64,000 nucleotides of DNA. It comes from a bacterium (lineage in GTDB: Bacteria; UBA8248). Both the position numbers and the translations under genes were made by a program. The notes beneath the pieces were generated by a model, which was not told where the DNA came from, ran no database searches, and saw nothing but the letters and a program-made list of their open reading frames with translations. Positions 52,507 through 62,762 of the stretch are shown here, one piece after another. Location: assembly GCA_965200245.1 (NCBI GenBank), contig CBDATS010000004.1:352001-416000 (forward strand), given 5' to 3'. Positions within the stretch are counted from its first letter, which is position 1, and every line of letters starts with the position of its first letter.

Positions 52507-52778
52507 CTTCCTCCCGCCCGGATAGTGAAACCGTCCCCGACGAACGAAACCGCGGGGCATCACGAACCATACATTCGGCAATGATCTATCATAATACCTG
52601 AACTTTGTTGTGGTTTTGTTACACGATTTTTTGCAAACCGGGTATCAATCCCGCAACGTTTGTTTCAGGACTTCTCGCGCCATCAACTCGGCTTCGCTTT
52701 TTCTACGGACAGCCTGTAGAATTACCGCGACCATCGTCATGTCGAAAACATCGGAACCCACGCCAAGGAGAGAACGCC

Positions 52779-53948
52779 TTGAAGATCATCGGCATTCGCG
52801 AGACGGTGGTTCCCATCCAATCGGCCCTGAGAAACGCCTTCATCGATTTTTCCCTGATGACGGTGAGCGTCGTCGCCATCCTCACCGACATCGTGCGCGA
52901 CGGGAGGCGCGTCGTCGGCTTCGGCTTCAATTCGAACGGACGCTATGCTCAGCAGGGACTCTTGCGCGAACGCTTTATCCCCAGGCTCCGGGAGGCGCAG
53001 CCCGACTCGCTCTTGAACGAGGCGGGGTCGAACTTCGACCCTTCAAAGATATGGGACTGCATGATGAAGAACGAAAAGCCCGGCGGACACGGCGATCGCT
53101 CCGTCGCCGTGGGTATCATCGACATGGCGGTATGGGACATGGTAGCCAAGATCGAGGAAAAACCACTCTACCGCCACCTGGCGGATACCTACCGCGATGG
53201 AAAATGCGACGAGAAAGTGTCCGTCTACGCCGCCGGAGGCTATTACTATCCGGGAAAGGACCTGAAAACCCTCCAGAACGAGATGCGAAGCTATCTCGAT
53301 CGCGGCTACACCAGCGTCAAGATGAAGATAGGCGGTGAATCGCTTGATGACGACCGGAGGAGGATCGAGGCGGTGCTCGAAGTCGTGACCGAGGGGTGCA
53401 ACCTCGCGGTGGACGCCAACGGGAAATTCGATCTGGATACCGCTATCGCCTACGCGGAGGCGTTAGCGCCCTACAACCTGCATTGGTACGAAGAGGCGGG
53501 CGACCCGCTCGACCATGCCCTCCAGGCCGAACTCGCCCGGCATTACGACAAGCCCATGGCGACGGGAGAGAACCTCTTCTCCACCCAGGACGCGAGAAAC
53601 CTGATTCGCTACGCCGGGATGCGACCGGGCGTGGATATCCTGCAGTTCGACTGCGCGTTGAGCTACGGCCTGGTGGAGTACCTGAGAACGCTCGATATGG
53701 CGGCGGAACACGGCTGGTCGGCCCGCTCGTTCATCCCTCATGGCGGTCACCAACTCTCGCTCAACATTGCAGGCGGACTGGGTCTGGGGGGCAGCGAATC
53801 CTACCCCGATGTGTTCAAACCCTTCAACGGCTTCGCAGACGGCGTAGCGGTGGAAGACGGCTACGTCGGCTTCCCCGATCTGCCGGGTATCGGCATCGAA
53901 GACAAGGCGGCGCTCAAGGACGTGCTGAAAGAGTTGTCGGAGACATAG
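52779..53948 (+). CDS. tarD: Enolase-superfamily dehydratase, D-tartrate dehydratase-like
   Basis: RNAFIDFS.MT, GFNSNGRY, KMKIGG, VDANG and PHGGH motifs resemble the D-tartrate dehydratase subgroup. Confidence 0.75.
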   Translation: MKIIGIRETVVPIQSALRNAFIDFSLMTVSVVAILTDIVRDGRRVVGFGFNSNGRYAQQGLLRERFIPRLREAQPDSLLNEAGSNFDPSKIWDCMMKNEKPGGHGDRSVAVGIIDMAVWDMVAKIEEKPLYRHLADTYRDGKCDEKVSVYAAGGYYYPGKDLKTLQNEMRSYLDRGYTSVKMKIGGESLDDDRRRIEAVLEVVTEGCNLAVDANGKFDLDTAIAYAEALAPYNLHWYEEAGDPLDHALQAELARHYDKPMATGENLFSTQDARNLIRYAGMRPGVDILQFDCALSYGLVEYLRTLDMAAEHGWSARSFIPHGGHQLSLNIAGGLGLGGSESYPDVFKPFNGFADGVAVEDGYVGFPDLPGIGIEDKAALKDVLKELSET

Positions 53949-54139
53949 CGAAGGCGATCACTTCGAATCGCTTCACATAACATAAAGGGTTGCATCATAC
54001 CTGAGAAGAAAATCGGAATGTGCTCCATCACGCAAGGCACATCCCAACTAACGGGAACTATATATCGGGGTTGGTGGACTCCGGATGCGCAATCACCGAC
54101 TGGGTCCGCCGGGCCATTACGACAACGCGTCATAACGGT

Positions 54140-55432
54140 TCACGACACCCGAACCGCGACGCGGTGCATCGTGTTGTTGAGGTATCCCTTCGGGTTCCAG
54201 TCGATGACGTGGGGCTGCATCACCCCTGCACTGTCGGTCGCCCGCGCCCAGATCTCGTAGTATCCGGCTTCTGGCAGCATGATGCGGGCGCGGAAATTTT
54301 GCCATGCACCATCGTTTACGGGAGCGTCCAGCGCCGCAGGCTTCCAGGTCTCGCCGAAGTCATAGGAGACGTCGACCGATGCGACCGTCCGGTCTCCCGA
54401 CCAAGCATGACCGCGCACCTCGACGGCACGCCCCGTTGTCGCCCCGTTCGCGGGGTGGGTGATCAGCGATTTTACTGGCATGCGCTCGATGATGACGAAA
54501 TCCTTCTCGTCCACCTTCTCGCCCGGCTCGATCCTGTATCGCGGCACACGGCAGGAGGCACCGGTCATCCTGGGGCCGTCGTGCACGACATCGCGAAGGC
54601 AGATTCGCCGGAGCCATTTCTGCGAACAAGACCCCGGCCAGCCGGGAACGACGAGCCGCAGCGGCGCCCCGTTCATCGGATGAATGGGGCCGCCATTCTG
54701 GCCAAAGGCAATGAGCACGCTCTCCGTCATCGCCTTGGTGATCGGTACGCCGCGCGAGATGGGCAGCTTGCCGGGCTTCCCGGAGAGGTCTCCGTCTGCG
54801 CCGACATGGGCGGTGTAAACGACGCCAGCCGCCGCCAGCACATCCTTGAGCCGCACGCCCGTCCACTCCGAACAGGCGACTGCCCCGTGGGTCTACTGGG
54901 TGCCCCTGACAGGTGGTTTGAAAAAGGCCCGCCCGTTGCCCCCGCATTCGATGACGAGGGCCATCGTGACGACCTCGAACCTCGATCGAAGTTCGGCGAT
55001 AGACAAGGTCATGGGGCGTTCCACCAGACCATCGACGGTGAGGGTCCAGGAATTCGCCGAAGCTTCCGCGGGCGGGACACCGTTGTTGCGAATGAAATGC
55101 CGGGATGTCGGGGTGATCGGGTCGTCAAGCAGGTAGGGCGGTGTTTCGGCGTTGATTGGCCGCTTGTTGAGTAGTTTCAGGCCATCTTTACCGACAAGCA
55201 CCTTCTCGTCGGCGAAAGCCGCCGGAATGAGCCCCGCTGGCATGTTGCGGTGAAACGGAATCGCTGCGCTCACCATCGTCGTCATGGCGGCAAGCCCGGC
55301 GCCCCGCAGAAAGCCTCGCCGATCAGTATGCGATTTGCGTCCGAAAAAGGCGCGATCCGCCGTCACTGGATCCTGGGCGAAGAATTCGTGAACATCCCGG
55401 GCCTCGGAAGATGCGGATTTTTCTTTTGGCAT
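54140..55432 (-). pseudogene. Tat-exported sulfite oxidase family molybdoenzyme (SorT/SoxC-like) with in-frame TAG
   Basis: DRRGFL, NAETP, FIRNNG, IECGGNGR, GAPLRLVVPGWPGS.SQKWL and WNPKGY motifs; TAG at 54893-54895 with both halves in the same frame. Confidence 0.88.
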
Positions 55433-55481
55433 GGCGTCCTCCCTTGATGGGCAACCGTTGTCGGGAAAATCGAGCTCGAAT

Positions 55482-56486
55482 CTAGACGAACTCGGGCATC
55501 ACCTCCCTGGCGAAGCGCTCGAGTGTCCTCAGGACGAGTTCCTGGGGCATCCCCGGCCACTGCACACGAAACGCCATGTGGTCCACGCCCAGTTCGTCGC
55601 GGTGGCGTCTGATGTCCTCGGCCACATCCTCCGCCGATCCGATGAGAAACCTGTCGGAGCGCAACTCATCGAGCGGCATTCGCAGCGTGTCGCTCCTTGG
55701 TAACGCCTCGCTCTGGCCCCACTTCACGTAGACGTTGTATTTGACCGCCAGGTAATCCGCACACTCGCGAAAGGCGCTCTCCCTGTCCGCCCCGATGAAC
55801 ATCTCCTTGATCACGGGCGTCGCATCGGGCGCACCCTTGCCTGCGGCTTCGCGCTCGGTGTGGAACATTTCCATCTGGCGCTTCAGGGTGTCGAAATGCG
55901 CATGGGGATTCAGGAACCATGCCTCCCCCGTCCTCGCCGCACGTCTCACCGCGCCGTCGCCGTTCGCCGCTATCCAGATGGGGGGTCTGGGCTTTTGAAT
56001 GGACCGCATGGTGAGTTTCACGTCTTCCAGCTTTACCACCTCTCCTTCATAATCGAGTGTCCCGTCTTCCAGCAGGCGGGTGAGGGCTTCGAGTTTTTCC
56101 TCGAACGCCTTCACGCGATAGGGCTTTGTAAGGCCGAATGCGCGGTATTCGGGCTCGCGGTAGCCCAGCCCCACACCCAAGACGAAGCGTCCCTTCGTCA
56201 TAGCGTCGAGCGTGGCAACCTGCTCGGCCACGTCGACCGGATTGTGCAATGCGAGCAGCAGGATGCCCGTACCGACCGTCATATTTCCCGCATGGGCCGC
56301 TACCTGGGCGACGCTCGGCCAGGTCTGCATCATCCACACGCCTTCGGTAAGGTAGTGCTGGCCGCACCACACGCTGTGAAAACCCGAATCCCGGATGAGG
56401 CGCACCTGCTCCAGATGCTCTTCCCAGCGCTCGGCGGGATCATCCCCCAGAGCGTGCTGGTTCATCACGAACATGCCGAATTTCAT
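55482..56486 (-). CDS. LLM class flavin/F420-dependent oxidoreductase
   Basis: NPVDVAEQVATLD...GRFVLGVGLGYR and PRPPIWIAA motifs. Confidence 0.88.
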   Translation of the reverse strand: MKFGMFVMNQHALGDDPAERWEEHLEQVRLIRDSGFHSVWCGQHYLTEGVWMMQTWPSVAQVAAHAGNMTVGTGILLLALHNPVDVAEQVATLDAMTKGRFVLGVGLGYREPEYRAFGLTKPYRVKAFEEKLEALTRLLEDGTLDYEGEVVKLEDVKLTMRSIQKPRPPIWIAANGDGAVRRAARTGEAWFLNPHAHFDTLKRQMEMFHTEREAAGKGAPDATPVIKEMFIGADRESAFRECADYLAVKYNVYVKWGQSEALPRSDTLRMPLDELRSDRFLIGSAEDVAEDIRRHRDELGVDHMAFRVQWPGMPQELVLRTLERFAREVMPEFV

Positions 56487-56508
56487 GCTGCACCCCTCGT
56501 TTGTCCCG

Positions 56509-57414
56509 TCAATTTCTCGTTCCGAAATCAGCGGCCAGTGCGATCACCTTCTCCGCCGCCTCGACAACGGGATAGTCGATCATGCGCCCGCCGACGGAGA
56601 CACTCGCCTCCCCGCGCGCTGTCGCTTCCTCGAAAGCGACGACAACCTCGCGCGCCTTTTCGACCTCCTCTTTCGTCGGAGTGAAGGCGAGGTTCACGAC
56701 TTCCACCTGTCTGGGGTGGATACAGAACTTGCCGAACATGCCGAGTGCGCGGCACCGATCGGCACTCGCGGCGAGACCCTCCTGGTCGTCCAGGGCAATC
56801 CAGACCGTATCAAGCGGCTTCTCAAGTGCCGCGCTACGCGAGGCCACCGCAATGCGCGAGCGCGGATAGTCGAAAATGAACTCGTCACGCGGCCATTCGA
56901 CATCCAGATCATTGGTATAGTCCCCCGCCCCGAAGGCGAGTTGGAAGCGACGCTCACCCGTATCGGCAGAGGCGATGGTGAAGGCGTTTTCCACGCCCCT
57001 TGCGTTTTCGATGATGGCGAGCAGATGAATGCCTCCTGCTTCGCAACCAGTCTCTTTCTCCGCATCACGGATCAGCCGATCCGCAGCGAGTATCTGACCA
57101 GGATTCTCCGCCTTTGGCAGCACGATTCCCCGGAGTGAAGGCCCCACCACCGCCGCAATGTCCTCAGGACCACAGGCAATGGAAAAGCCCGTCACGTCAT
57201 CAAGCGGATTTACGCGCACGAAGACGTCTGCCCCGTCTTCTTCATCTATCGTTTTCACTGCCGTCGCGAGCGCGTCGCGTGTGGAGGCTTTCTCATCTGC
57301 GGGTACGGCATCTTCCAGGTCCAGAACGACGGCGTCCGCTCCGACCTTGCCCACTTTCGCCAGCATTCTCTCCCTGTTCCCGGGAGCGAAAAGAATCGTC
57401 CGGTAGAGTTTCAT
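56509..57414 (-). CDS. CitE/malyl-CoA lyase-like CoA-ester lyase
   Basis: LFAPGN, LDLEDAV, VRVN, IIENARG, KFCIHP and MIDYP motifs. Confidence 0.92.
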   Translation of the reverse strand: MKLYRTILFAPGNRERMLAKVGKVGADAVVLDLEDAVPADEKASTRDALATAVKTIDEEDGADVFVRVNPLDDVTGFSIACGPEDIAAVVGPSLRGIVLPKAENPGQILAADRLIRDAEKETGCEAGGIHLLAIIENARGVENAFTIASADTGERRFQLAFGAGDYTNDLDVEWPRDEFIFDYPRSRIAVASRSAALEKPLDTVWIALDDQEGLAASADRCRALGMFGKFCIHPRQVEVVNLAFTPTKEEVEKAREVVVAFEEATARGEASVSVGGRMIDYPVVEAAEKVIALAADFGTRN

Positions 57415-57623
57415 GAATATCTCCTTCTCGTTCATCGTCTCAAGTGATGTGCTTTTACCCCTGATGGCGGCACTTGCCAAGCCGGGGAATCCTTCAGGGA
57501 GACCTGTCCGGTGGGGACCAATGGTTGGCGACGCTTCGAAAAGAATATCCGCCTTCGTTTCGGCGCGTAGGCGGATGGAATATAATCGCCCGAAACCAAC
57601 GGAATTTTTTCTGGAGCACTCTC

Positions 57624-59297
57624 ATGAATCCCGACGAACTGCTGCACCGTCCCATTACGGAACTCGCTTCTCTCATCGAAGGCGGTGAGGCGAAGCCGAG
57701 CGAGGTACTGGAAAGTCACATTGCCAGAATCGAGAACCTGGACTCGACCATAAACGCCTTCACGAGAACCACCTTCGAACTCGCCAGGGAACAGGCGGAG
57801 CACCTCGATTCCGAACTCAACAGCGGAAAATACCGTGGACCGCTCCACGGGATACCCGTCGCGCTCAAGGACCTGTTCGACCTCGAAGGTCACCCCACCA
57901 CGGCGGGCAGCAGGATTCCAGGCAAAACCACCGCGAGCGAGACGGCGGAGTCCGTGCGCAGGCTCATTGATGCGGGTGCGGTGATAATCGGAAAGACGAA
58001 CTTGCAGGAATTCGCGCGCGGCGGTACAGGGACGAACAGCGCATTCGGTCCGGCGCGAAACCCCTGGAACCTCGAACACACCCCTGGGGGAAGCAGCAGT
58101 GGTTCGGCCGCCTGCGTGGCGGCAGGGATGGCGGCGGCTGCGCTCGGTTCCGACACGGGCGGTTCAGTGCGCCTGCCCGCTTCTTTTTGCAACCTGGTGG
58201 GCATCCGCTCCACCTACGGCCGTGTAAGCAGAGCAGGTGCCGTACCGCTGGGACTAAGCTTCGACAACGTGGGTCCCCTCGCCCGCACGGTGGAAGACGC
58301 CGCCCTTATCCTGCAGACCATCGCCGGTCCCGACCCCAAGGACCCGACGACGGGAACCGGGCCCGCACCTGATTTTTTGGAGACCATGAGCGAAGGTGTG
58401 CATGGCATGACGCTGGGCGTGGCAACCAACCACTTCTGGCCGGGAGAAGATCCGGAAACAGAGGCCATCGTACGCGAGGCCATCGCGAGTTTCGAGAAAC
58501 TGGGAGCGAGCCTCGTGGAAGTGGAAATCCCCTGGGCGCGGCTCGGCCAGGTCGCCTACGCCGCGACGGTAGGGCCCGAGGGTGCAGAATACCACCGGAA
58601 ATATCTGGAAAAATTCCGAGACGGATATATCTCACCCGGAGCGGATTTTTTCGAGTACAGCCTCTTCATTCCGGGCTGGCGCTACGTGCAGGCGCAAAAG
58701 GCGAGAACCTTCTTCATCAGACAGGCGGCGGAAGCCTTCAGGAAAGTGGACGCCGTACTGACGCCCACCGTCACCATAGCGCCCCCCACTATCGCAGATT
58801 GTCTCGACGGCATGAAGATGTGGGCGATAGTGAGCGACAACACGGCGGCTTTCAGCACCATCGGCAACCCAGTGCTTCAGGTTCCGTGCGGCTTTACGAA
58901 ACAGCACCTGCCCGTCGGCCTTCAGATAGCGGGCAGATGGGGGGATGAGGCACGTTTGTTCCGAATCGGCAAGGCGCTAGAGGTCGAAAATCCGCTCTGG
59001 CGGTTGCGCCCGCCCGAGGTCGACGAGCAACCGACTCCCGAACCGCTGCCGGAAGCGTCCGTTTCACTCCCACAGGCAGAATCTGACGCCGATGCCGCCG
59101 CCCACATTCTCGCCATGTCGAAAACCATGGGCTACCGGATCGATGAGGATAAAATCGCGCCGGATGCGCTTGCGCGGGGCGTATCGAGCATGCTCGCGGG
59201 ACTCGGGCAATTGGACAGCCTCGACCTCGACAACTGCGAACGCGCGGAGACGCTCAATCTCCTGGAGATGGATTTCGACTCGATTCCGCCTCCGTGA
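57624..59297 (+). CDS. Amidase-signature enzyme with C-terminal extension
   Basis: GPLHGIPVALKD, GGSSSGS and GSDTGGSVRLPA (Ser-cisSer-Lys triad region). Confidence 0.92.
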   Translation: MNPDELLHRPITELASLIEGGEAKPSEVLESHIARIENLDSTINAFTRTTFELAREQAEHLDSELNSGKYRGPLHGIPVALKDLFDLEGHPTTAGSRIPGKTTASETAESVRRLIDAGAVIIGKTNLQEFARGGTGTNSAFGPARNPWNLEHTPGGSSSGSAACVAAGMAAAALGSDTGGSVRLPASFCNLVGIRSTYGRVSRAGAVPLGLSFDNVGPLARTVEDAALILQTIAGPDPKDPTTGTGPAPDFLETMSEGVHGMTLGVATNHFWPGEDPETEAIVREAIASFEKLGASLVEVEIPWARLGQVAYAATVGPEGAEYHRKYLEKFRDGYISPGADFFEYSLFIPGWRYVQAQKARTFFIRQAAEAFRKVDAVLTPTVTIAPPTIADCLDGMKMWAIVSDNTAAFSTIGNPVLQVPCGFTKQHLPVGLQIAGRWGDEARLFRIGKALEVENPLWRLRPPEVDEQPTPEPLPEASVSLPQAESDADAAAHILAMSKTMGYRIDEDKIAPDALARGVSSMLAGLGQLDSLDLDNCERAETLNLLEMDFDSIPPP

Positions 59298-59304
59298 TAG
59301 AGGC

Positions 59305-60429
59305 CTAATCCGGCTTTATCAGGACTTTCAGGCACTCTCCCGTGCCTGTGACCTCGATGCCTGCCTGCACCTGGGAAAGCGGCAGGCGGTGAGTGAAGAT
59401 GTCGTCTATCGGAAGCGTCGTCCTCAGGAGCATGTCCATCGCGGGCTCGAACTGCACCTGCGGATACGCCCATGAGCCGCAGATGTCCACATCCTTGTTA
59501 CACACCTGGTGGGGCATGATCTCCACCCCGCCCGGATCACCGTAGTGACCCACTTCCACCAGTTTCCCGCCCCTTCGGACGATGTCCAGCCCCTCGGCGA
59601 AGGCCGCGGGAACGCCTGCCGCCTCGACAACCACGTCCGGCCCCACACCGTCCGTCCAGGAGAGAATTTGCTCTTTTCTTTCCTCTTGCGTAAGCGCCGA
59701 CAGGCTCACCGTTTTCGTGGCGCCGAATTTTCTGGAGAACGCGAGCCTTTCTTTCGTCATGTCCACTGCGATGATGTCGCCCGCGCCCATCATCCGAAGG
59801 GCAGCCACCACGAGCAACCCGATGGGGCCCACGCCCATGACAACGCACCGCGCGCCTGCACCAAACCCCTCCCCTGCGTAGGGGATGCCCGGCGAGAGCG
59901 AACGCCCCGCCGCCCTTTGGGCCACCGCCAGGGGTTCGCAGAGCGTAGCCCGCTCGAGCGAGAGGCCCTCGGGCAGTTTCAGCACGAAGGAGTTTCCGGG
60001 AATGTACATGTATTCCGAATACGCCCCGAAAAGATGCGGTACCTCTCCCGAGGAGCGGAACCCGAACACCGTGCGGTTCGGGCACAACTGGGGCCGGTGC
60101 GGCACGTGAACGCAGAACCAGCATTTGCCGCACGCCTGGCTGCCCGGCGTCACGGTGATGGCGTCGCCCTCCTTGATGGGACCACCCACTGTTTTCATGT
60201 TCGAATTCGCCAGCGGCCCCATCTTTTCGATGATTCCGCTGAACTCGTGCCCCGGAATCACCGGCCACGTCACGTTCAGTTTGCCCCCGTACATGTGCTT
60301 GTCCGAACCGCAGACACCCACGGCGGCCACCTTCATCAACAGGGCGTCGTCCTCAATCTCGGGCATGGGATATTCGCGCAGGGCGATCTCGCCCGGCTGT
60401 AGAATCGTAGCGGCCTGAACGGTGGACAT
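59305..60429 (-). CDS. Zinc-dependent alcohol dehydrogenase (MDR family)
   Basis: CGSD, GHEF, CGKCWFC...C and GVGPIG motifs. Confidence 0.92.
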   Translation of the reverse strand: MSTVQAATILQPGEIALREYPMPEIEDDALLMKVAAVGVCGSDKHMYGGKLNVTWPVIPGHEFSGIIEKMGPLANSNMKTVGGPIKEGDAITVTPGSQACGKCWFCVHVPHRPQLCPNRTVFGFRSSGEVPHLFGAYSEYMYIPGNSFVLKLPEGLSLERATLCEPLAVAQRAAGRSLSPGIPYAGEGFGAGARCVVMGVGPIGLLVVAALRMMGAGDIIAVDMTKERLAFSRKFGATKTVSLSALTQEERKEQILSWTDGVGPDVVVEAAGVPAAFAEGLDIVRRGGKLVEVGHYGDPGGVEIMPHQVCNKDVDICGSWAYPQVQFEPAMDMLLRTTLPIDDIFTHRLPLSQVQAGIEVTGTGECLKVLIKPD

Positions 60430-60580
60430 TGAATCCATCTCCTCGAAATGACGGCTGTGCGCCCGGGAAAAACGGCGCGAGACTCTCTGGATGTTGTTAT
60501 GAGCGCTACTTTAGCGTATCTCTGATTCGCGCCACAATGAACGAAGTGGAAGCACTCCCCGAATCTGTTGAGGAACGTCC

Positions 60581-61444
60581 ATGCCACTTGAGAAGACGCT
60601 TGCCATCTTCGGCTATCCCCTGGGGCATACGCTCTCGCCCGTCATGCACAACGCGGCAGCGCACGCACTGGGGCTGCCCTATCGCTTCACGGCCTACGAG
60701 GTGCACCCGGATCGTTACGAGGAGGCGGTACGCGGCGCAAGCGCGATGGGTTTCGCGGGTTTTTGCGTCACCATCCCCCACAAAGTGGCCACATTCAGTC
60801 TGGTGGATGATTTGAGCGAGGACGCGAGACTCATGGGCGCAGTAAACATGGTGACCTTCGAGAACGACGGCAAACTCAAGGGGCACAACACGGACGGTTC
60901 AGGCTGGCTCCGCTCCCTGCAGGAGGAAACGGGTGTTTCACCCGAAGGGAAAAGATGCCTGTTGCTGGGCGCGGGCGGAGCCGCGCGAGCCATCGCCATC
61001 AAGCTCGCACAAACGGGGGCGGCGCACATTGAGATTCGAAACCGCACGGCGGAAAAGGCGATATCGCTGGCGCGCGAGGTGAAATCCCACTTTCCGGAAA
61101 TCGAAATCAGCGGAGGGGGCCTTGAGAAACTTGAATCCGCCGCCCGTGGGCGGGATATTATCGTCAACACGACCAGCCTGGGGATGACCGGGGACAAGAC
61201 TCGGGAGGCGGCCTGCTGCCTGCCCGAACAGTTCATACCGCCTGAGAGCATCTGTGCGGACGCGGTCTACAACCCGCTCGACACCCCCTTTCTGAAAGCC
61301 GCCCGCCGTAAAGGGGCACGTACCGTCTCGGGCATCGGCTGGCTTTTGCATCAGGGGGCCCTGGGCTGGGAACTTTGGACCGGCACGCAGATGCCCATCG
61401 ATCATGTGCACGAGAAGATGCTCGAGGCGCTTCAGAACCGATAG
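60581..61444 (+). CDS. aroE: Shikimate dehydrogenase
   Basis: HTLSPVMHN, VTIPHK, NTDG, LGAGGAA, NRT and NTTSLGM motifs. Confidence 0.93.
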   Translation: MPLEKTLAIFGYPLGHTLSPVMHNAAAHALGLPYRFTAYEVHPDRYEEAVRGASAMGFAGFCVTIPHKVATFSLVDDLSEDARLMGAVNMVTFENDGKLKGHNTDGSGWLRSLQEETGVSPEGKRCLLLGAGGAARAIAIKLAQTGAAHIEIRNRTAEKAISLAREVKSHFPEIEISGGGLEKLESAARGRDIIVNTTSLGMTGDKTREAACCLPEQFIPPESICADAVYNPLDTPFLKAARRKGARTVSGIGWLLHQGALGWELWTGTQMPIDHVHEKMLEALQNR

Positions 61445-61477
61445 TATCCACTTGAGACAGGGAGCCTGAGAAATTCC

Positions 61478-62668
61478 ATGAGTATGCCGCTTGAGGGGAT
61501 TCGCGTCCTCGATCTTTCCAGAATTCTGGCGGGTCCGTTCTGCACCATGATGCTCGGTGATATGGGGGCGGAGGTCATCAAAGTCGAAAACCCTGTCGGC
61601 GGAGACGACACGCGCGGCTGGCCCCCTTTTTATGACGGAGGCGAGAGCAGCTACTTCCAGTCCGTGAACCGCAACAAGAAAAGTCTCACGCTGAACCTGA
61701 AAGCCGGGGAAGGAAAGTCGATCCTGACGGCACTCGTCGAGAAATCGGACATCCTCATCCAGAACTTTCGACCCGGCGCCATCGAACGCCTCGGTTTCGA
61801 CTGGGATACCTGCCATTCCCTCAACCCCCGCCTCATCTATGCCAGCGTCTCGGGCTACGGCCAGAGCGGCCCCTCAAAGGAGAGACCCGCCTACGACATT
61901 CTCTTGCAGGGCGAAGGCGGGCTCATGAGCATAACGGGTGCGGAGGGAGGCGGCGGCTTCAAGACGGGCATCGCCATCGCCGATCTCACCACCGCCATGT
62001 TCGCAACCCAGGGAATTCTGCTCGCCATCATCGCCCGCGAGAAAACGGGCAAGGGTCAATACGTCGATACCGCCATTCAGGACGGACAGGCGGCGCTCAT
62101 GAGCCACGCCGCGGGCAACTTTTTCGCTACGGGAAACCTGCCCGGACGGTTGGGGAACCGCCACCCGAGCATCGCGCCGTATCGCGATTTTCCCTGCTCG
62201 GACGGGGAACTCATCGTGGCGGCTGCAAACGACTCCCTGTGGCAGCGCTTCGCCCGCGCCATCGGCAGAACCGACCTAGCGGACGACCCAAAATGGACCA
62301 CGAACGCGGCGCGCGTATCGGGACGCGATGAACTGGAAGCCGAGATTGAACAGACCATGCAGGCCAAAACCCGCGCGGAATGGGCCGAAATCGTATCGGA
62401 CGCAGGCGTACCCTGCGGACCAGTGCGGACGATAGAGGAATTGTGTGCGGACCCGCAGATCCATCACCGCGAGATGGTCGTCGAGATGGAGCATGCGAAA
62501 ACCGGCATCCTGAAAGTGATGGGCAACCCCATGAAGCTCTCGGATACACCCGGCAAACTCCGCCTGCCCCCTCCCATGCTGGGCGAGCATACAGAAGATG
62601 TCCTCTCCGGCTTGCTCGGCAAGTCGAGTGCGGAAATCGCCGCGCTGAAAGACAGGGGCGTCGTCTAG
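61478..62668 (+). CDS. CaiB/BaiF family III CoA-transferase
   Basis: LAGPFC, GAEVIKVE, NRNKKS, NFRPG and AYD motifs. Confidence 0.95.
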   Translation: MSMPLEGIRVLDLSRILAGPFCTMMLGDMGAEVIKVENPVGGDDTRGWPPFYDGGESSYFQSVNRNKKSLTLNLKAGEGKSILTALVEKSDILIQNFRPGAIERLGFDWDTCHSLNPRLIYASVSGYGQSGPSKERPAYDILLQGEGGLMSITGAEGGGGFKTGIAIADLTTAMFATQGILLAIIAREKTGKGQYVDTAIQDGQAALMSHAAGNFFATGNLPGRLGNRHPSIAPYRDFPCSDGELIVAAANDSLWQRFARAIGRTDLADDPKWTTNAARVSGRDELEAEIEQTMQAKTRAEWAEIVSDAGVPCGPVRTIEELCADPQIHHREMVVEMEHAKTGILKVMGNPMKLSDTPGKLRLPPPMLGEHTEDVLSGLLGKSSAEIAALKDRGVV

Positions 62669-62688
62669 CTCGCACGAGAGGACAAGCC

Positions 62689-62717
62689 TTGTCAGACGCT
62701 ACGCTCGCCGATAGGAT
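62689..62717 (+). promoter_or_regulatory. Candidate sigma70 promoter for cofGH
   Basis: TTGTCA-N17-TAGGAT. Confidence 0.45.
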
Positions 62718-62762
62718 GCAGGAGAAATCGCGGACATTACTCAACATAACCGGAGAAGCGTC

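Noticed and set aside
54053-54066. GGGAACTATATATC resembling the IS-like end at 377
   Set aside because: Short, mismatched and without an associated ORF; could be chance.
54893-54895. Pyrrolysine or stop-codon reassignment at the in-frame TAG
   Set aside because: The position corresponds to Trp, TAG terminates many genes in this window, and no pyl genes are seen.
57624-59297. Calling the amidase gatA
   Set aside because: No gatB or separate gatC is adjacent, and GatA-specific segments such as the RYDG motif are absent.
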